In this document: positions 13,972 through 27,587 of the stretch, in pieces
Layout of the letters: each line of letters opens with the position of its first letter
Position numbering within the stretch: position 1 is the first letter of the stretch
NCBI GenBank assembly: GCA_021432655.1
Contig: MU271615.1
Coordinates: 1-38,967, forward strand
Source: Atractiella rhizophila
Lineage: Eukaryota
DNA length: 38,967 nt
Reading direction: 5' to 3'
Made by a program: the position numbers and the translations under genes
The notes under the pieces: generated by a model
Databases searched by the model: none
Seen by the model: only the letters and a program-made list of their open reading frames with translations
Told to the model about the DNA's origin: nothing

Positions 13972-14575
13972 TTTTATACATGCTGAAACAAGAAAGGACT
14001 GGTAATCCTGCCTGCATCATAAAATATGTAAAAGTGTCCCTGTGCTTGTGATACCTGGATGAGTGAAATTTAGCTGTATTACCTGTACCTCCTGATCTCT
14101 GCTGTCACCTTGTCAACTGGTCAGCCACTCAGTCAATCTACAATCTGCAGCGCGAAAGCTGGGGAAGAATGATGTCCAATTCCGTCAAACTCCGGTCCCT
14201 TCGGCTGACTAATTACACAAACAGTGTAAGGTTTGTGCGGGTGAACCTTCGGCTCGACCCGGCTGCTGGCGGAACTCCACAACAGCGAGCGAGCTTTCAG
14301 AGTGACAAAACGACCAACGCCTCAGCCGGCAATGCTCTTTCAGCACGACCATTGCTCGCTCCAGAGACGACTCTTCAAGGGATAAAGCGTGATATTCCTG
14401 CCGCATCCATTATCCTCGATCAGCGCATTCGTCATTCTTGCTCAGTTGGGGTTTCGTCGTGCCGAAAAGTTACAAAGGCTTCTGTTTCGAGAAAAATTAC
14501 GCCAACCAGTGCGATTTCGCATTGACAGTCGAGATATTGAAAAGGATTCGCCACAGCTTTTGAACAGTGGGAGTG

Positions 14576-17560
14576 ATGGGAGACCATAAGTTGGGAGATC
14601 AAGCGTCGCTGGAGACGATCAGCGAAGAGCAGTGCGTTCCTCTCCTCTTGGGCACAGACCTCTTGTTCAAATTTGGGTTTTCTCTTTCCTCCGCAACCTT
14701 GAATGTGGATAGTCCTCGAGAGAAGGAGAAGAAGAAGGAATCGTCTCCTCCCGCCAAACCACAAAACGCCAAGGGACACTCGCCGCCACCCAGCAATCTC
14801 CTCTCCGAAGATCCTACCTCTCCGTTCTGCAAACCTCTCATCGTCCGCAGTAACCCGTGTACCATCATCTGTCCCGCGTTGAGGAAGCACAAGACCGCTC
14901 CAGCGAAAGAGCATCGTCATTCCGGTTCGTCATTTCAGCCCCCAATGAGGAGCGAGCTGACCGCGTGACGTGACGCAGAGACCGTCAATCAGGCTCTCAA
15001 CCTCTTGAAAGTCTTTGCCGCGAGAACGGACAAGTGTGATGCTCAAGGAATGCCGGAGAGTGGACTGGATTGTCTGGAGAAGCAGCAGGTGGGTCATCGG
15101 TTGCGGATTCATCAGAATGGCGCTGACGCGATTTGCCGGGCCAGTGGGATTACCATGGGATGACGGTACGGTCTCCTCTCCCCTTACCATCATCCGCAAG
15201 AAATGTGGTGCTGACTGATTGAATGTGATTGCAGAAAGGTATTCGAGTATATAGCAAGTCTGGAGATGCCGTGTTCGAAGAGAGTGTCGTTAACTTCCAA
15301 TATTCAAAACACGAGGAAGATTACGAGATCGACGAATCTTTACCTTACATTCGAGGAGAAGGATGGATCGAAGGCGACTGGGAGGTCGAGGACGTCTTGG
15401 CCACCATCCGAAATTTTGGAGCGAGGGCAGTTTGGGATATGAGGCTGGAAGCTGCCGATTGTCGCGTCGTGCAGGTTCTGAACGAGAATGACCTTTTGTG
15501 TCAGCTCAGGACAAAGTCCATCTTTCCTGTTGGCGCCAGAGATGTCGTTGCTGCTGTTTCCTACGCGTATGCTTATCCCTTTGTTCGAACGCCTCACACT
15601 AATCCTGTTTGCAGCACGAACTGCGATGCCACTGTAGGCTATTGGGCTGCGCGATCAGTAATCGACGCCGCTGTGCCTCCTGATCCTACGATTCATCGAG
15701 CCCACATGCACATGATGGGTTGGATTCTTCGAAAACTCCCTTATCCTCCAGAATACGACTACAATCAATGTATCCTTCCGATGAAAGTTCCGAAACGTCC
15801 ACCTTCAGAAGACTCTCCTCCATCCGCCCCTGGTTCCGCTACCTCCGATTCCTACTTCCCCTTTGCCAATCGTTCAAGCACCTCCATCGAAACGCGACAT
15901 CGAAGCTCGTCGAATTCTTCGACCAGCCAACGCGCCAGTTTGTATGGACCCTCACTCTCTTCCGCTGTCGCGCGAGAACCGGTGCGCCCGACGACGTCTG
16001 GACGCTCTCAAAATCCAACCCGCCGCTCAGCCCTGCGAGAGATGGGAATCTCAATACCGCGAGCACCACCTTCCTCTTTCCCCAGCCCCAGAGCGTACTC
16101 GATGCCTTCGTCCTCTCGAAGCTCGCTGACAGGCATTGCCAGATCGGCGACCATCGCCACCACTCCGATCACTCCGGTTATGGAGAAACCAGAGAACGGC
16201 AGATCGTCCTCTTTCTCCTCCGTCAACTCGGGACACCGTCGACGCTCGAGTTCGGCCTGCTCTGAAAATTCGAGCGAATCTGACCTCCCTCCGAGAAAGC
16301 CCGGAATTCATGTGTCCATCATCTCCCGTGTTTCGCCTGGCGGTCCCATTCCTACCTCCTTCCGAAATGCCATCACCCTGAAGGTCCCGCTGAGCATCGC
16401 GGATCTCGGGGCTTACTTGGCAAAGTATGGCTTTGCACCATATTTGCAGAGGAAGGATAGGACGTCGGGATTGGACGTGGTTGAGGAGGACTTCAAGCCG
16501 TTGGAGGGATCGTACAAGGTCATCTATCGATGTCATCCTGAAGTTGCAGGCGGAACGACGCGAATACGATTCTATGGCGGCGCGTTCAGTCATGGCAAAT
16601 TCAGCATTGAGATTTTGAGGGCGACTGAGTGGCATGTGGAGTATGACAACCCGCCTGATATCGGCCAACACGTACCTACCGAACCAACGATCAGTCCAGG
16701 GGACGGAGCATTGGGATCAAAGACGTCGTCCATGGTATTCTTGGATGCCCCGCCGCCCAAAACCGCCCGTCCCATGCTCACCCCTCTTGAACATCCCAGG
16801 TCGTTGCAAGCCGAGACGGTTGAAGGTCCAAGAATGCCAGGTCCTCAGGGTCCATGTACCCTCGTCATCAAGAACACAGTGATTGGCATTCCCATTCAGG
16901 TCGTGATCACGAAGATGCCCGAGAAGCTTAAAGTGACGATGCCGAGGAAGCTGTCACAAGCAATAGGTCACGCTTCAAGGGTGGGTTCTCCGCTCTCTCT
17001 TACACCTTTTCACCCGTCGTTGACCTTTCAAGTAGATCCATGCCGAACACATCCGCAGCGCCAGCATCGAGGATTTGGTGAAACGAGCCACGCCGGGAAC
17101 GCGTCAACATTCTTTGGGAGTCGAGAGCGCGAAAGAAGTCTTTCGCCGTTTGAGTGCTGCCTCCACTTCGTCCTCTGGAAGCAGTACACCAAGTCGCGCG
17201 AGTCGTGACAACCTTCGCGATCCTGTGCCGCTGTACCAAACGCGCGATACGGGAGTCAGTAGCGGTAGCACAGAGTCGAACTCTACAGCAGATTCGAGCC
17301 TTTTTACCCTCTCGCTGAACCTTGGACATTCTAGCGATTTCACGAATACGCCCAGTAGTTCGATACCTACCACTCCAAATGATTTGGCGACGAGAAGGTC
17401 GACGGGTCAAAGTTCGACGAATTCAAACGAGAAGAAGGATAGGGATGATACCACTCCTTTCTCTCCCTCCAATCTCAGGAATCCTCCCCCACCGCGTTCG
17501 AGGCACCGAGGGAGTGGGAGTGGGAGCGGCGGGAGCGGACATGGAAGCGTGCTGTTATAA
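14576..17560 (+). CDS. START/SRPBCC lipid-binding domain protein with long Ser/Arg/Pro-rich disordered segments
   Basis: QWDYHGMT|KGIRVYSK...LPYIRGEGWI...RAVWD...FPVGARDVVAA...SVIDAAVP...MGWILR...IHVSIISRVSPGGPIP follows the START fold motif order. 21-nt microexon at 15145-15165. Start codon tentative. Confidence 0.7.
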
Positions 17561-18317
17561 CTTTATCGAATCGGATCTGATTCCCCTTTTTCTGCTGCGT
17601 TTTGACCTCTTCCATTCCTTGTATACATGATTGATTGATTCGATTGATTTGAGTCTGTTCCTCCCTCATTCGGTTCAACATTGGTGGATGATGTTGTACG
17701 ACTCTCCGTTTCTCCTCTCAACAGGGACCCAGTTAGTTATTCAACATCTCTTGTCGTACACTGCCTGCCCTATCTAAGTTTTCTCACACATAACTTCGTC
17801 AGGACGGAACGTCCTTGTGTATCTCTTCCTTTCCACCTTCCCATTCTCCTTTGCTGTTCCGGATCCGTGTCCCTTTCGCTGTTTCCAGAACTTGTCTTCA
17901 TTCCAATTTCTATCCGTCAAAGTCATCCATCCCCATCCATTCCATCCCATCCATCCTGTCATCAGCGTTGTCATCCATCTTCATCTTTCATAAGTACGAG
18001 TATGAGTATCCGAGGGATTTGTAGTATTAGCACATGATATCAACAGGAACAAACCCTCTTTCTCCCATACACCATTGGCGACAAGCAAACCAAGAAAGCT
18101 CAGAGCAAGTTTGAAACATGAAAAGGATCTCTGCGTGAGAGAATAAGCGAATATTTAGTGAACAGTATAAATCCAGAAAGAGGAAGGTTAAGCCCAAGAT
18201 ATGGAGTCGGCGGCCTAAGAGCGGAATGGAAGATAGTGAAATGGCGACAATACGGCAGTTAATGCCAAGATTAAGACATTATAAAGCGTCAGTAGCGTAA
18301 ATGACAGGCGGAGAAGC

Positions 18318-20105
18318 TCAAGCAGAGAGGACGCCCAATCCCAATTTCGTGTACAAATAGGGAATGCAGAAACTGGATATGTATCCAATTCCAGAGTAGA
18401 CAAAGAATCGGGTGAGGACTGTTCCAAACCCACATCAGCGTCCAGATCAACTGGTATTGCAAAGAGCAGAGGAGTGGACGAACCATCCACGTCGTAATGC
18501 TTAATCTTCTTGGCGGGAATGATACCCTCAGGTTCCTCCTCCTCCTCCTCCACACTCGGCATCCTCCTCTCCTCCCTCTCGACCTTTTCCTCGACCTTCT
18601 CTCCCTTCTCATTCTTCTTCCCACCTCGCCTCTGCACCAAGGCGCTTTGTTGATCATGTAGCTGATGATCTCCGAGTGCGGTCAAATCCAACACTGAGGG
18701 GATGGGATGTAAACCGGCGTCGGCGGACTCGTATTTCTTATACCGTGTCGCTTGTGTATAGTGTCGGCGGGGGAGGACGAGGTATGGGGCGACGGTGCGG
18801 AAGATTGGAGGGAGGACGGCGTGCAAGGTTTCTTTGGCTACCAACCTACATTCCACATCGTTAGTGCTCTTGAGGACTGAAGATGGGGGAGGAAGGGACG
18901 AACCGCCATAGAAAGACTAAACCTACACCCATGACTACCTTTGCGATGGAGGTGCCCAGGAAGATCAACAGATCCGGGTTGTCAGTGAGTGGACTGCCCC
19001 TCGTGTACCCCGCCAACGCCACTCCGAAGGTGACGATCTGCCAATGAGCGATGTAGATGCCCAAGCTGACCGAGACGATAGCGATAGCGTCTTCGAAGCA
19101 CGGACAATCGTCTACCGGTTCAGGATGTACAGACACCAACAAGAGGGTGAGGGGACGGCGAGTGCGGGAGCCACCCATCCAGCCGTCGCTGTCCAGTCTG
19201 CGATCGGGGTTTCCCACTCGAGCGCGAGATAAAGACTGCCACGCCTAACATGATGCCGACCACGCAGTCGATGATGGAGTGCATGCCGCAGTACAGACGA
19301 GAGAGGACGACGGAGGTCATGTAGATGCAGAGGAGCGTGATCGAGAGGATGGAGACCCATGAGCTGGGGCCGAAGGAGGAGACGACGTCGGCTATCAGGA
19401 AGAGACCCATGGAGACTGCATTCGTGCTGTGTGTGGAGGGAAAGCCGTATTCCAATGCGTGGGAGGTGCCGGAGGTGAGACGATGAAGCGGTGGGCAATA
19501 AGGGCGAGGGACGCAGAACAGATCTAGACAAATCAATTATTCACATCATAGGGGTAGGAGCATAGGGGTAGGAGAGAGAAGACAAACCTTTGAGATAAGA
19601 TGTTATGTATATCCCGATGGAAAGGGTGTGGACTACGCTCGCTCCGAGATGGGGGAAGCCGAACCAATAAAAGAGGGGAAGGAAGAGGAAAAAGAAGGTA
19701 TGTGTGCTATTACATGCAACCACAACGCATCAGATCATGCACATCTTTCATCTCCACATGTTCTTTCTTGTAAAAGGAGAAAACGCACCCAGCTAGCGAC
19801 GCTTGGGCGAACCACCAATCCCAGAACTCGGATCTCAGTCTGCTCTGCCACTCCACCAACAGCGCATTCTCGTTATTCTCCAGATGCCACACCAGCCATT
19901 CCCTAGTTTTTGCGCGCCACCTAGGCAATAATCTGGTGTACACCGACGGATGACAGCAGCCTGCAGGTGTAGGTGCCGCGTCCGGTGAGACTGAACCGGG
20001 AGTGAAAGCACTGGTTGGCGTTGGGGAGGGAGATGGAGATGGAGATGGAGAGGGTGAGAAAGGGGAGGGAGCGTATATCTCGCTAGGGATTCCCTTTGCC
20101 TTCAT
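18318..20105 (-). CDS. LCB3: Sphingoid long-chain-base-1-phosphate phosphatase (PAP2 family, Lcb3/Ysr2-like)
   Basis: KDLFCVPRP, EYGFPSTHSTNAVS and SRLYCGMHSIIDC (three PAP2 motifs), HPEPVDDCPCFED, and C-terminal HYDVDVLTRFFVYSGIG. Confidence 0.9.
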
Positions 20106-20808
20106 TTTGGGATTTTGAGACACTGGCAAGGGACTCTGGAGGAGAGGACTTGTCGTTTTTTTAGTAGCGTGTAGCGTGACCGGATGTGGGGATCAGAAAT
20201 AAAGTTCGCCTGACTCTCCTCCCGTGGTTCTCAGTTCCTCGACTACGGCCAAGTTCCAAAGGAATGCTGCAGCTCACCCTGTAAAGTCAACAGAAGAGGA
20301 CGTGTTTACGTTGATTCTTTATATAAATTATCACAGGCCTCACCTACTTAACTTGAAACACTGGTTTTGTAGGTCGTGTGTACTCAGTGGCCCATACATC
20401 CGTCACTTTTTTAATTTGTTATTGCAATCAAGGTTTTATAACTAAATTATCAGAGTATCCTCTATTCATCTGCTAAATACTCTTACGGCTCGTTATGCTC
20501 AGCTTAATGTGGCTATCTATTGTCTATTGATGACTGACCGTTAATTTGTGTTAGAATAGCATGTAAAATTTTCATCCTGGTACTTCCCATCGTAATCTAT
20601 TGCTCAGGTACTCTAAAGATCGTCAGTGATGTGGCTGTAAGTTGAAGGCCTCGTTAAAGATTTTTGACAAGAACCAAGACGAAATTTGGCCCATAAAAAG
20701 TGGATAATGATAAGACAGAAGCCGTGCGATTGGGAACCTCACCTTTTGAGTCTAACTTCTTATATCTGGATATTTCAATGTCAAATCTGCACATCTCTTC
20801 TCCTAAAG

Positions 20809-20863
20809 TGATAATATTACGACTCGATCTTCTGATAAATATTACGACTCGATCTTCTGATAA
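20809..20863. repeat. Near-perfect tandem duplication of a 24-25 bp unit giving three TGATAA motifs
   Basis: TGATAATATTACGACTCGATCTTC + TGATAAATATTACGACTCGATCTTC + TGATAA. Confidence 0.85.
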
Positions 20864-22144
20864 CAGTCATGATGTGCAAAGATGCTGAATTGGCTGATGA
20901 TGAGACCAGCGAAACATGTTCTGCACCAGATATCTTGCGGCTATCTTAAAATTGGAGCAACATAGGACGCTGGTGAGAAGCTGCTGGAACGAAGACTGTA
21001 TACGCTCCAAAGAACCGCATGCTGTGGCAAAATAATGAAAGACTCTGAAGGAAGGCGGTGGTCATGACCGCGCCTGAGCACTCTCGCTCTTTGCAAGTGT
21101 GAGGGACGTCGCATTCCGAATATTTCCCTGGCGTCGAGAAACAATATTCCAAAAACCCTTCTCCATCACCTTCCAAGGAGAACGCGCACCTTCAGTTTGG
21201 TTGGAATACTTCACATCGAGAAAAGAGGCTTTCGCCTTATAAGCGTTAATCATGCCAACCACCTCGTCTGCCTACAATGGTTTCCAAACAGGGCATTTGG
21301 AGTCTACAGCTCGTTAGGGTTCCTGCCATGTCCCAAGTCGAATTGTAAAAGAGGTCTCTCCTCAAGTCCTCTATTTCGATACGGGAATCTGTTCTCGCCC
21401 AGAAAGGTGTTAAATACAATGTTCAGCATTCCTTCAACGTCCCTATATGCACTGGCCCACTAAAACGAAAGTCAACGAAGGTCAGCATGTTCTGAATAGC
21501 TGAAGGTCCCCAATTTGTGGACGAGGATCATTCGATTCCCGGGCAACCTAGATCGGCTGCTTTTCGGACACTTGGAAGCTAGTGTCTAGAATACCTCAAA
21601 CAACGACTGACCTCTACGCTCTCTTATTGCTTATGCCAAACTGGGGGGACATCAAAGAGACTCTTAGGGATACCATTTCTGTGAGTATTTTGCATTTTTA
21701 TCACCTCATAACCTGCGCCTGCACGGCCGCCAGGCCGTCGTCAAGCAGCGGAAGTTGACCGCGCGGGACACGCTCCTTGATTGAACTCTCTTAACCACCA
21801 ACAGTTCCACTTCTCACTTCTCTTCCTCCAATTTTTTTCCGTCAGAAACGTCTGGGTAACGTCGAGAGAGCCTTAGACGGTCATATCAGTTCGTTTTTCT
21901 CTTTTTTTTCGGGGGCGTGAAAAGAGTAATTGCGGTGTTTCATCGACGTCTTCAATTTTGTGACGTCTGCGTCAGAACTCCTATCTAAAACACATCATCT
22001 CCCTTCCGATTCTTCTCAAAAATCCGTCGACAAGGGGAGAATTTGATCTGACACTGGCTGCAGGGACCAAAGGATAGCTCTCGAAACGCCTCCCTATCCC
22101 CGCCAAGCCAACCGCAACCACCTCTCCCGACCCCACTATTCGCC

Positions 22145-25100
22145 ATGTATTCGACCTCACAACATCAAAACGACGACGACTCTCGCTCTCCCACCTCGAC
22201 CAACTACGCCCGACCCTTCGGGCGAGAGAACGCAGCACCAGCAGGCGGCCTCGCTTACCCCCAGGGCGGGGGTTACGAGAACAGCAGCAACCCCTCCCGC
22301 CGGGATTCGTACATTGAATCCGACCCCCTCCGCCCCTCAGACCACCCTGAGTCGCCGAGAGCGGACGACGCCAGTTCGAGCAATGAGTCTTCGAATTCTG
22401 GTACAAAGGTCGGAGATTCCAGGAGTGGATATAGAGTGAAGGGGGCTAATGGGTACGCCGGTGGAAACCCTCCGTCGAATGGAAGACATGACACTGCAAG
22501 TAGTGAGAGCTCGTGGAATGGACAACCCGGATTGAGAGATTCGATGCATGGTGCCGTCCAGGTATGTACTTTTCCGCATTCTTAAAGTGTATTGGTAGAG
22601 TTTGCTGTATTTGCTCGGTGCTACATTCGAGTCGACACCAATTCCCTCTCATTCTTTGTTTATTCTGGGATTGCGGCAATGGTTTTTGGAGTGCATAATT
22701 GGCTGCACCCTTATCTGGAACAGCTTTTCACTCCAAAGACCGCAAAACTGGAAGCTCTTGTATGCGGAACACATATCAATTCTATCCTATCCTTGACGCG
22801 AGAGGTGCAAGACAGCTTGACTTTTTTTTAATGCTTCTCATGGCTCAACGGATCTTGATGGCTTGTGTTGGCAGTCCGAATCCTCACACATCTACTCTGA
22901 CCAGCATGGCTATTCTGCGGGTAAGTGTCCATTCTGACAATGCTTCTCAGGACCCATCGCTAACGGACGGTTTGACAGCTCCATACGGTCGCTATCGGAC
23001 AGGATCCTACGGCGATGGTTTGAACTCTGCCCGCGCATCAACGATTGGGACGGACCACATCGTTGGAGGGATCGGCGGACAAGGTCTCTCCCATAATTCG
23101 TCTCGCGTGGCGTTGAATAACGAATGGCGAGGTAAGTTGATATGTCTCATCCATACCATCGGCCACCATTCTCTTGGTGCTGCGGTATCTAATCGGCGCG
23201 TGTTGGAACAGGGTACGAACCTGATGAGAAGGGTCTTGCTTCTGGCCATCCAGACTCGAAAAACTCTTATCAGACCATCCCTCCTGCTTCTCCCGCGCTC
23301 AAGGGCATGGATGAGAAGCTCGATGCGAAGGAAGCTCCCCCCGTCGATGGTGCGAAGGCGCCTCCCCCAGTTATCATCAGCCGAGCGAATCGAATGGACT
23401 GGATCGATGGGCTGAGAGGAATAGCATCCCTCATCATTTTCACTCACCATTACTCAGACTTAACCTGGTCCCTCAGCCATCCCAATGTATTGGCTTACGG
23501 TAGTGTTTACGGTTTCTTGGCGTAAGTCCTCCGTCAGTTTTCTCGTCCTACCAGCTTACTGAGAGATGGTTGTGTGTAGAAATGGTCAACTTGCGCTTTG
23601 CATGTACTTCCTTCTCGGAGGGCGAGTACTTTGCCATGGATTCTATCGCTCCGCCTTCACCAAGCCCAAACCGCTAATGGATCATGGAGAGATTGTTCCC
23701 AACCAGCCCCCTCTAAAACCGCCAACTCCACGATGGATGTCGCTCTCTTCCTCCCTTTTTAGACGGTCTATCCGACTGGCTTTCCCAGCTCTCGTCGTTG
23801 GATTCATACAATGGCTCATCTGCCGCGCTGATTGGATTGGGAACACCCCGGAACAGGCGAATGAGATTCTGAGGCCCACTAACCTTTGGAACCCCACTTG
23901 GTGCTCGATTGGTAACTTCTGGGGACTCTTGCAGTTCTTCCTTGATCTCTTCACCAACCGTAACCATCAGTACATGCTTTACGCCGGTTCCGCCCTGTGG
24001 ACGACTTACGATCAGTTCTGGGGATCCGTTCTTGTCTACATCCTCGCTGCCACCCTCGCCCCCATCGCTGTTCGTGGTCGCTTCCTTATTTATGGCATCG
24101 TCCTTGTCTCCCTTTGGTGGATCAACTCGCCTAACTTCCTCTACATTATTGGTCTCGCAGTCGCTGATCTCTCAGCGTCTGGTTACATTCGGAAAGTACA
24201 AGATCATTGGAAGCCCACAATCGCTATCGAGGTGGCCGTAATGGCTCTCGCTCTCGCTTTCATTGCTGGAGGAACCGATGTTGCTTCTCCAGCTGACCAA
24301 GTCATGGGTGACATCACTGTTTACGACGGAAAATTCGGTTGGAACCATTCTCGAATCTGGCCTCAGTACATGCTCATCTCGAATTGGTATCCCCCAACCG
24401 CAATTCTCATCTGGGTCGAGTTGTCGCACGCCATGCAGTGGTTCGCCTCCTGGGGTATCTTCACGTGGATTGGCAAAGTTTCATACGGTTTTTACTTGAT
24501 GCAGTTCATCACACTCTACACCATCATGCCTCACCTCATCATAGCCTTCCACAACGACGGAAATAGCTACTGGGACACTGTGACACCCACGTATATCATT
24601 TGCCTGCTCATCAACATTTTCTTTGCCTGGTGAGTTCATGTCTTCTCTTTCCTAGCATCTGGGTCTGACTATCATTGAAAGGGTCGCTTATCACCTCCTC
24701 GATCGTGTCGGTCTCAAGCTCGGCAAATGGATCTGGGATGGATTCTTCGTCTCGAAGCCGAACAACTTTGCCGCTCTCCCTCTCAAGGCCATCAAGGCGT
24801 TTTTCCACTTCCTCATCCACGCGCCAGGAGAATTTTTCACCAAGTCGACCACAAGAACATCAAACAAGTTCAACGGCTTCGTCAAAGGTGTTCACACCCT
24901 CTTCAACTGGAGATCTCCTACTACTCGACCCCCTGTGCCTGACCCTACCGATCCCGATATCATCGCTCAGCTGCATTCTACAAGGTGGACCAGCGATCTC
25001 TCCCACGACCAAGAAGCTGTTCGGACTGCGAAACTCTTGCGCTTCCAGCAATGGACTTGGGTCGGTCCGTGTTTCAGTACTCCTATTCTGACAAAGACTG

Positions 25101-26811
25101 AGAGATATCTATAGGTCATTTGTTCTGGATTCCTGGAATCAGTGCCCTTTGGCTTTACTTCCACCCGACGTAATTATTCCCTTCTTTATGTCTAAGAGCT
25201 GATTCTGACCTGTTCAACAGCGGTAAATGGACATATGATGTCTTGACCTTCAGCAGTTTGTGGCGTTTCATTTGGGTTTTGTCCTGTAAGTCCATGCTGT
25301 TTTCCCTGCATAACGAGAATCCCACTAACTATCCTTAGTGCCCAACTGTCTCTTCGCCTACTTTGGATTCATCACTCCCGACTGGGCGCCTTCAAAGACT
25401 GAAATGGACAAGAAGCCAGTCTATCGTGAATATATTCGAAACTTCTTCGTCCTCCTCGTCACCAAAGGATCGAACGAATCGGCTGTACGAAGAGGTTATA
25501 ACAAGCTCATCAAGTTGGAGAAGTATCACCCTGCCGTCAAGGTCGTCGTCCTTACCGATGAGCCTTACGCTTATCCCGACCTCCAAAATATCGTCTGTCC
25601 CAAATCATACGTTTCCCCTCTCGGAAAGGCAAAGTACAAGGCTCGAGCGCTGGATTATTTCCGGTATCACGTTTCCTTGGGTGTATATGACTGGATCTTG
25701 CACAGTAAGTTTCGCCAGTGCCTCCCCTTTCGAGCAACGCTCACCATGAATGACCGTTCTCAGTGGACGAAGAGTCTGTTACGGATGCTGAATCACTCCG
25801 ACGGTGTATCGAATTTGTGCGATATACTCCCCATCACTTTGGTCAGGGAATTATTCTCTACAACGGAGAAGGGTTCTGGAGCAATTGGTACTTCACTGTG
25901 GCCGACGGTATTCGTGTAGGCGACGATCTGGCTCGTTTCCACTTCCAAAACTCTGTCATCAAACGTCGTGCGTATAATCTATCGTTTGCAACGTGTAGCT
26001 GGCTCATCATAATGCTTTTGATAGCTGTTTTCGGAGTGCACGGTTCATTCTTGATGACAAATGGAGAGATGGAGAACGAGTGTACCTGGGATTTCGGTTC
26101 GCTTGCTGAGGACTTCGAGTTCTCTCAAGATGGTCAGTCATCCATCTTACATCCTTCCGTTCTTTACTCACTCCTGCAATAGCTTGGAGACGTGGCTTTA
26201 CTTGTGGTCGCATTCATGGAATCGTCAGAGAGCAGAGTCCCACCACACTACGAGATTTCCTCAAGCAGCGTCGTAGATGGTTTATGGGTATCCGGGACAT
26301 TGTATGTGCTATCCACTGAAGGTGAATACTAAACCAACAAATCTTACAGAAAGGGATGTACGGCCTTCCGAACTTGGCTATCAATCTCTGGATTGTTGGC
26401 GTCTTCACTCTCGCCGTTACCGTCGTCAACTTCTTCTTGGTCTTTGTCGACGAGTCGTTGACCCCGGTATGGATTGCCGCTTGTGCTGATTTCTGCTTCA
26501 TCACCTTCTACGTACGTATACCACATCGTGGCCAACCATGTTCTGATGCATTCTTTTATAGACGCTGTATCTTTGGGGACTCCTCTTCCAAGAGCTCGAT
26601 TACGGACAAAAATGGTGGATGATACCGGTCCATCTGATTTGCTCCGTTGTCATCCAACCCTTCGCTTCTGTTGCTGAAGGTCTCTCTGCCATCTGGGCCA
26701 TGTCGTCAGAGGACTTTGGAAAGTTCGAAGTTATTGGTGAGCCGACTTCTTTCATACTGTCTGCTCTGCCAACATGGATACTAATTCTTGATCTCAACAG
26801 TCAAAAAGTAG
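22145..26811 (+). CDS. Fusion protein: disordered N-terminus + acyltransferase-3 (membrane O-acyl/acetyltransferase) + egghead/BRE-3-like GT2 glycosyltransferase
   Basis: AT3 signature RMDWIDGLRGIASLIIFTHH and WIGKVSYGFYLMQ with many hydrophobic helices. GT2 part KARALDYFR...DWILHMDEES...GQGIILY...ADGIRVGDD...HGSFLM...GSLAED...EQSPTTLRDFLKQRRRW. The spliced frame is continuous between the two domains. Confidence 0.88.
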
Positions 26812-27587
26812 ATTCGGTTTTCGGTTTCTGCCAGTTTCAGAAGGTGTCGCCGTCTCACTCATCCCTAATGACTATAGAATACAGTACTTCGGGCTCTGTT
26901 TCGCTTGTTTTGATGTGGACAATATCGTCAAGGACTTTTCTGCACTATTCTAACCTCACGGTCGCTCCATTCTTCTCTCTTTTAACACAACAAACAGAAT
27001 CTCGCTGGTACTACTTACTTGATTGATCGGATTGAAGCAGCTGCATCTTTCAATTCTTCATTGGCTTGATAGCATAAATCCCCTTTACATCCACTAAATC
27101 TTGTCTGTTCCTACTTTTCTTCAGCTTTCGACTCTATAAATTTATCAGCCTTTTCCATTTCTCCCTTCCTCCTTTCCTTTCTATTGTATGTAGGCCATTG
27201 GCAAGTTATAGGCAATCAGTCCGATGATCTGTGTATACCCGACCTACTCTGCTCATGCTCCCTCTCATAACTGGTAATCCATGATTACCTGATAAGGGCA
27301 CGTGACGTCGCCATCCACCACACATCCAAAATCCAACACCTTTGGTAGCAGAATATTCTGCTCCTTGCCGCCATCTAGGTCTGCGCTGATTCGAGCGTAT
27401 TCTCGTCAAAACAACAAGCATGCTTGCATTCGGCTGACCGGGTGCAACATCCGGATATAACATCCGTGAATAGACTTCTCTCTCCACCTCACACGGCCTC
27501 GTGCTTTGCTCTTTAACAACGAATTCCCAATTTGTTTTGGTCCAGTCTGCTTTCTGAAGATCTTAGACAGGCTCATTCGCGCTCGAA

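Noticed and set aside
14169..14525. 118-aa ATG ORF upstream of the START gene
   Set aside because: No motifs and no convincing splice link; probably promoter or 5' UTR, although an upstream exon cannot be excluded.
17920..17960. CCAT-rich simple repeat between convergent genes
   Set aside because: Short degenerate low-complexity tract with no spacer structure; not a CRISPR array or telomeric repeat.
20020..20055. (GGAGAT)n microsatellite
   Set aside because: Encodes the SPSPSPSP low-complexity N-terminus of the LCB3-like protein.
21960..21968. TGACGTC CRE-like motif upstream of the AT3-GT2 gene (a similar one near 27303)
   Set aside because: Imperfect 7-mers are expected by chance; no independent support.
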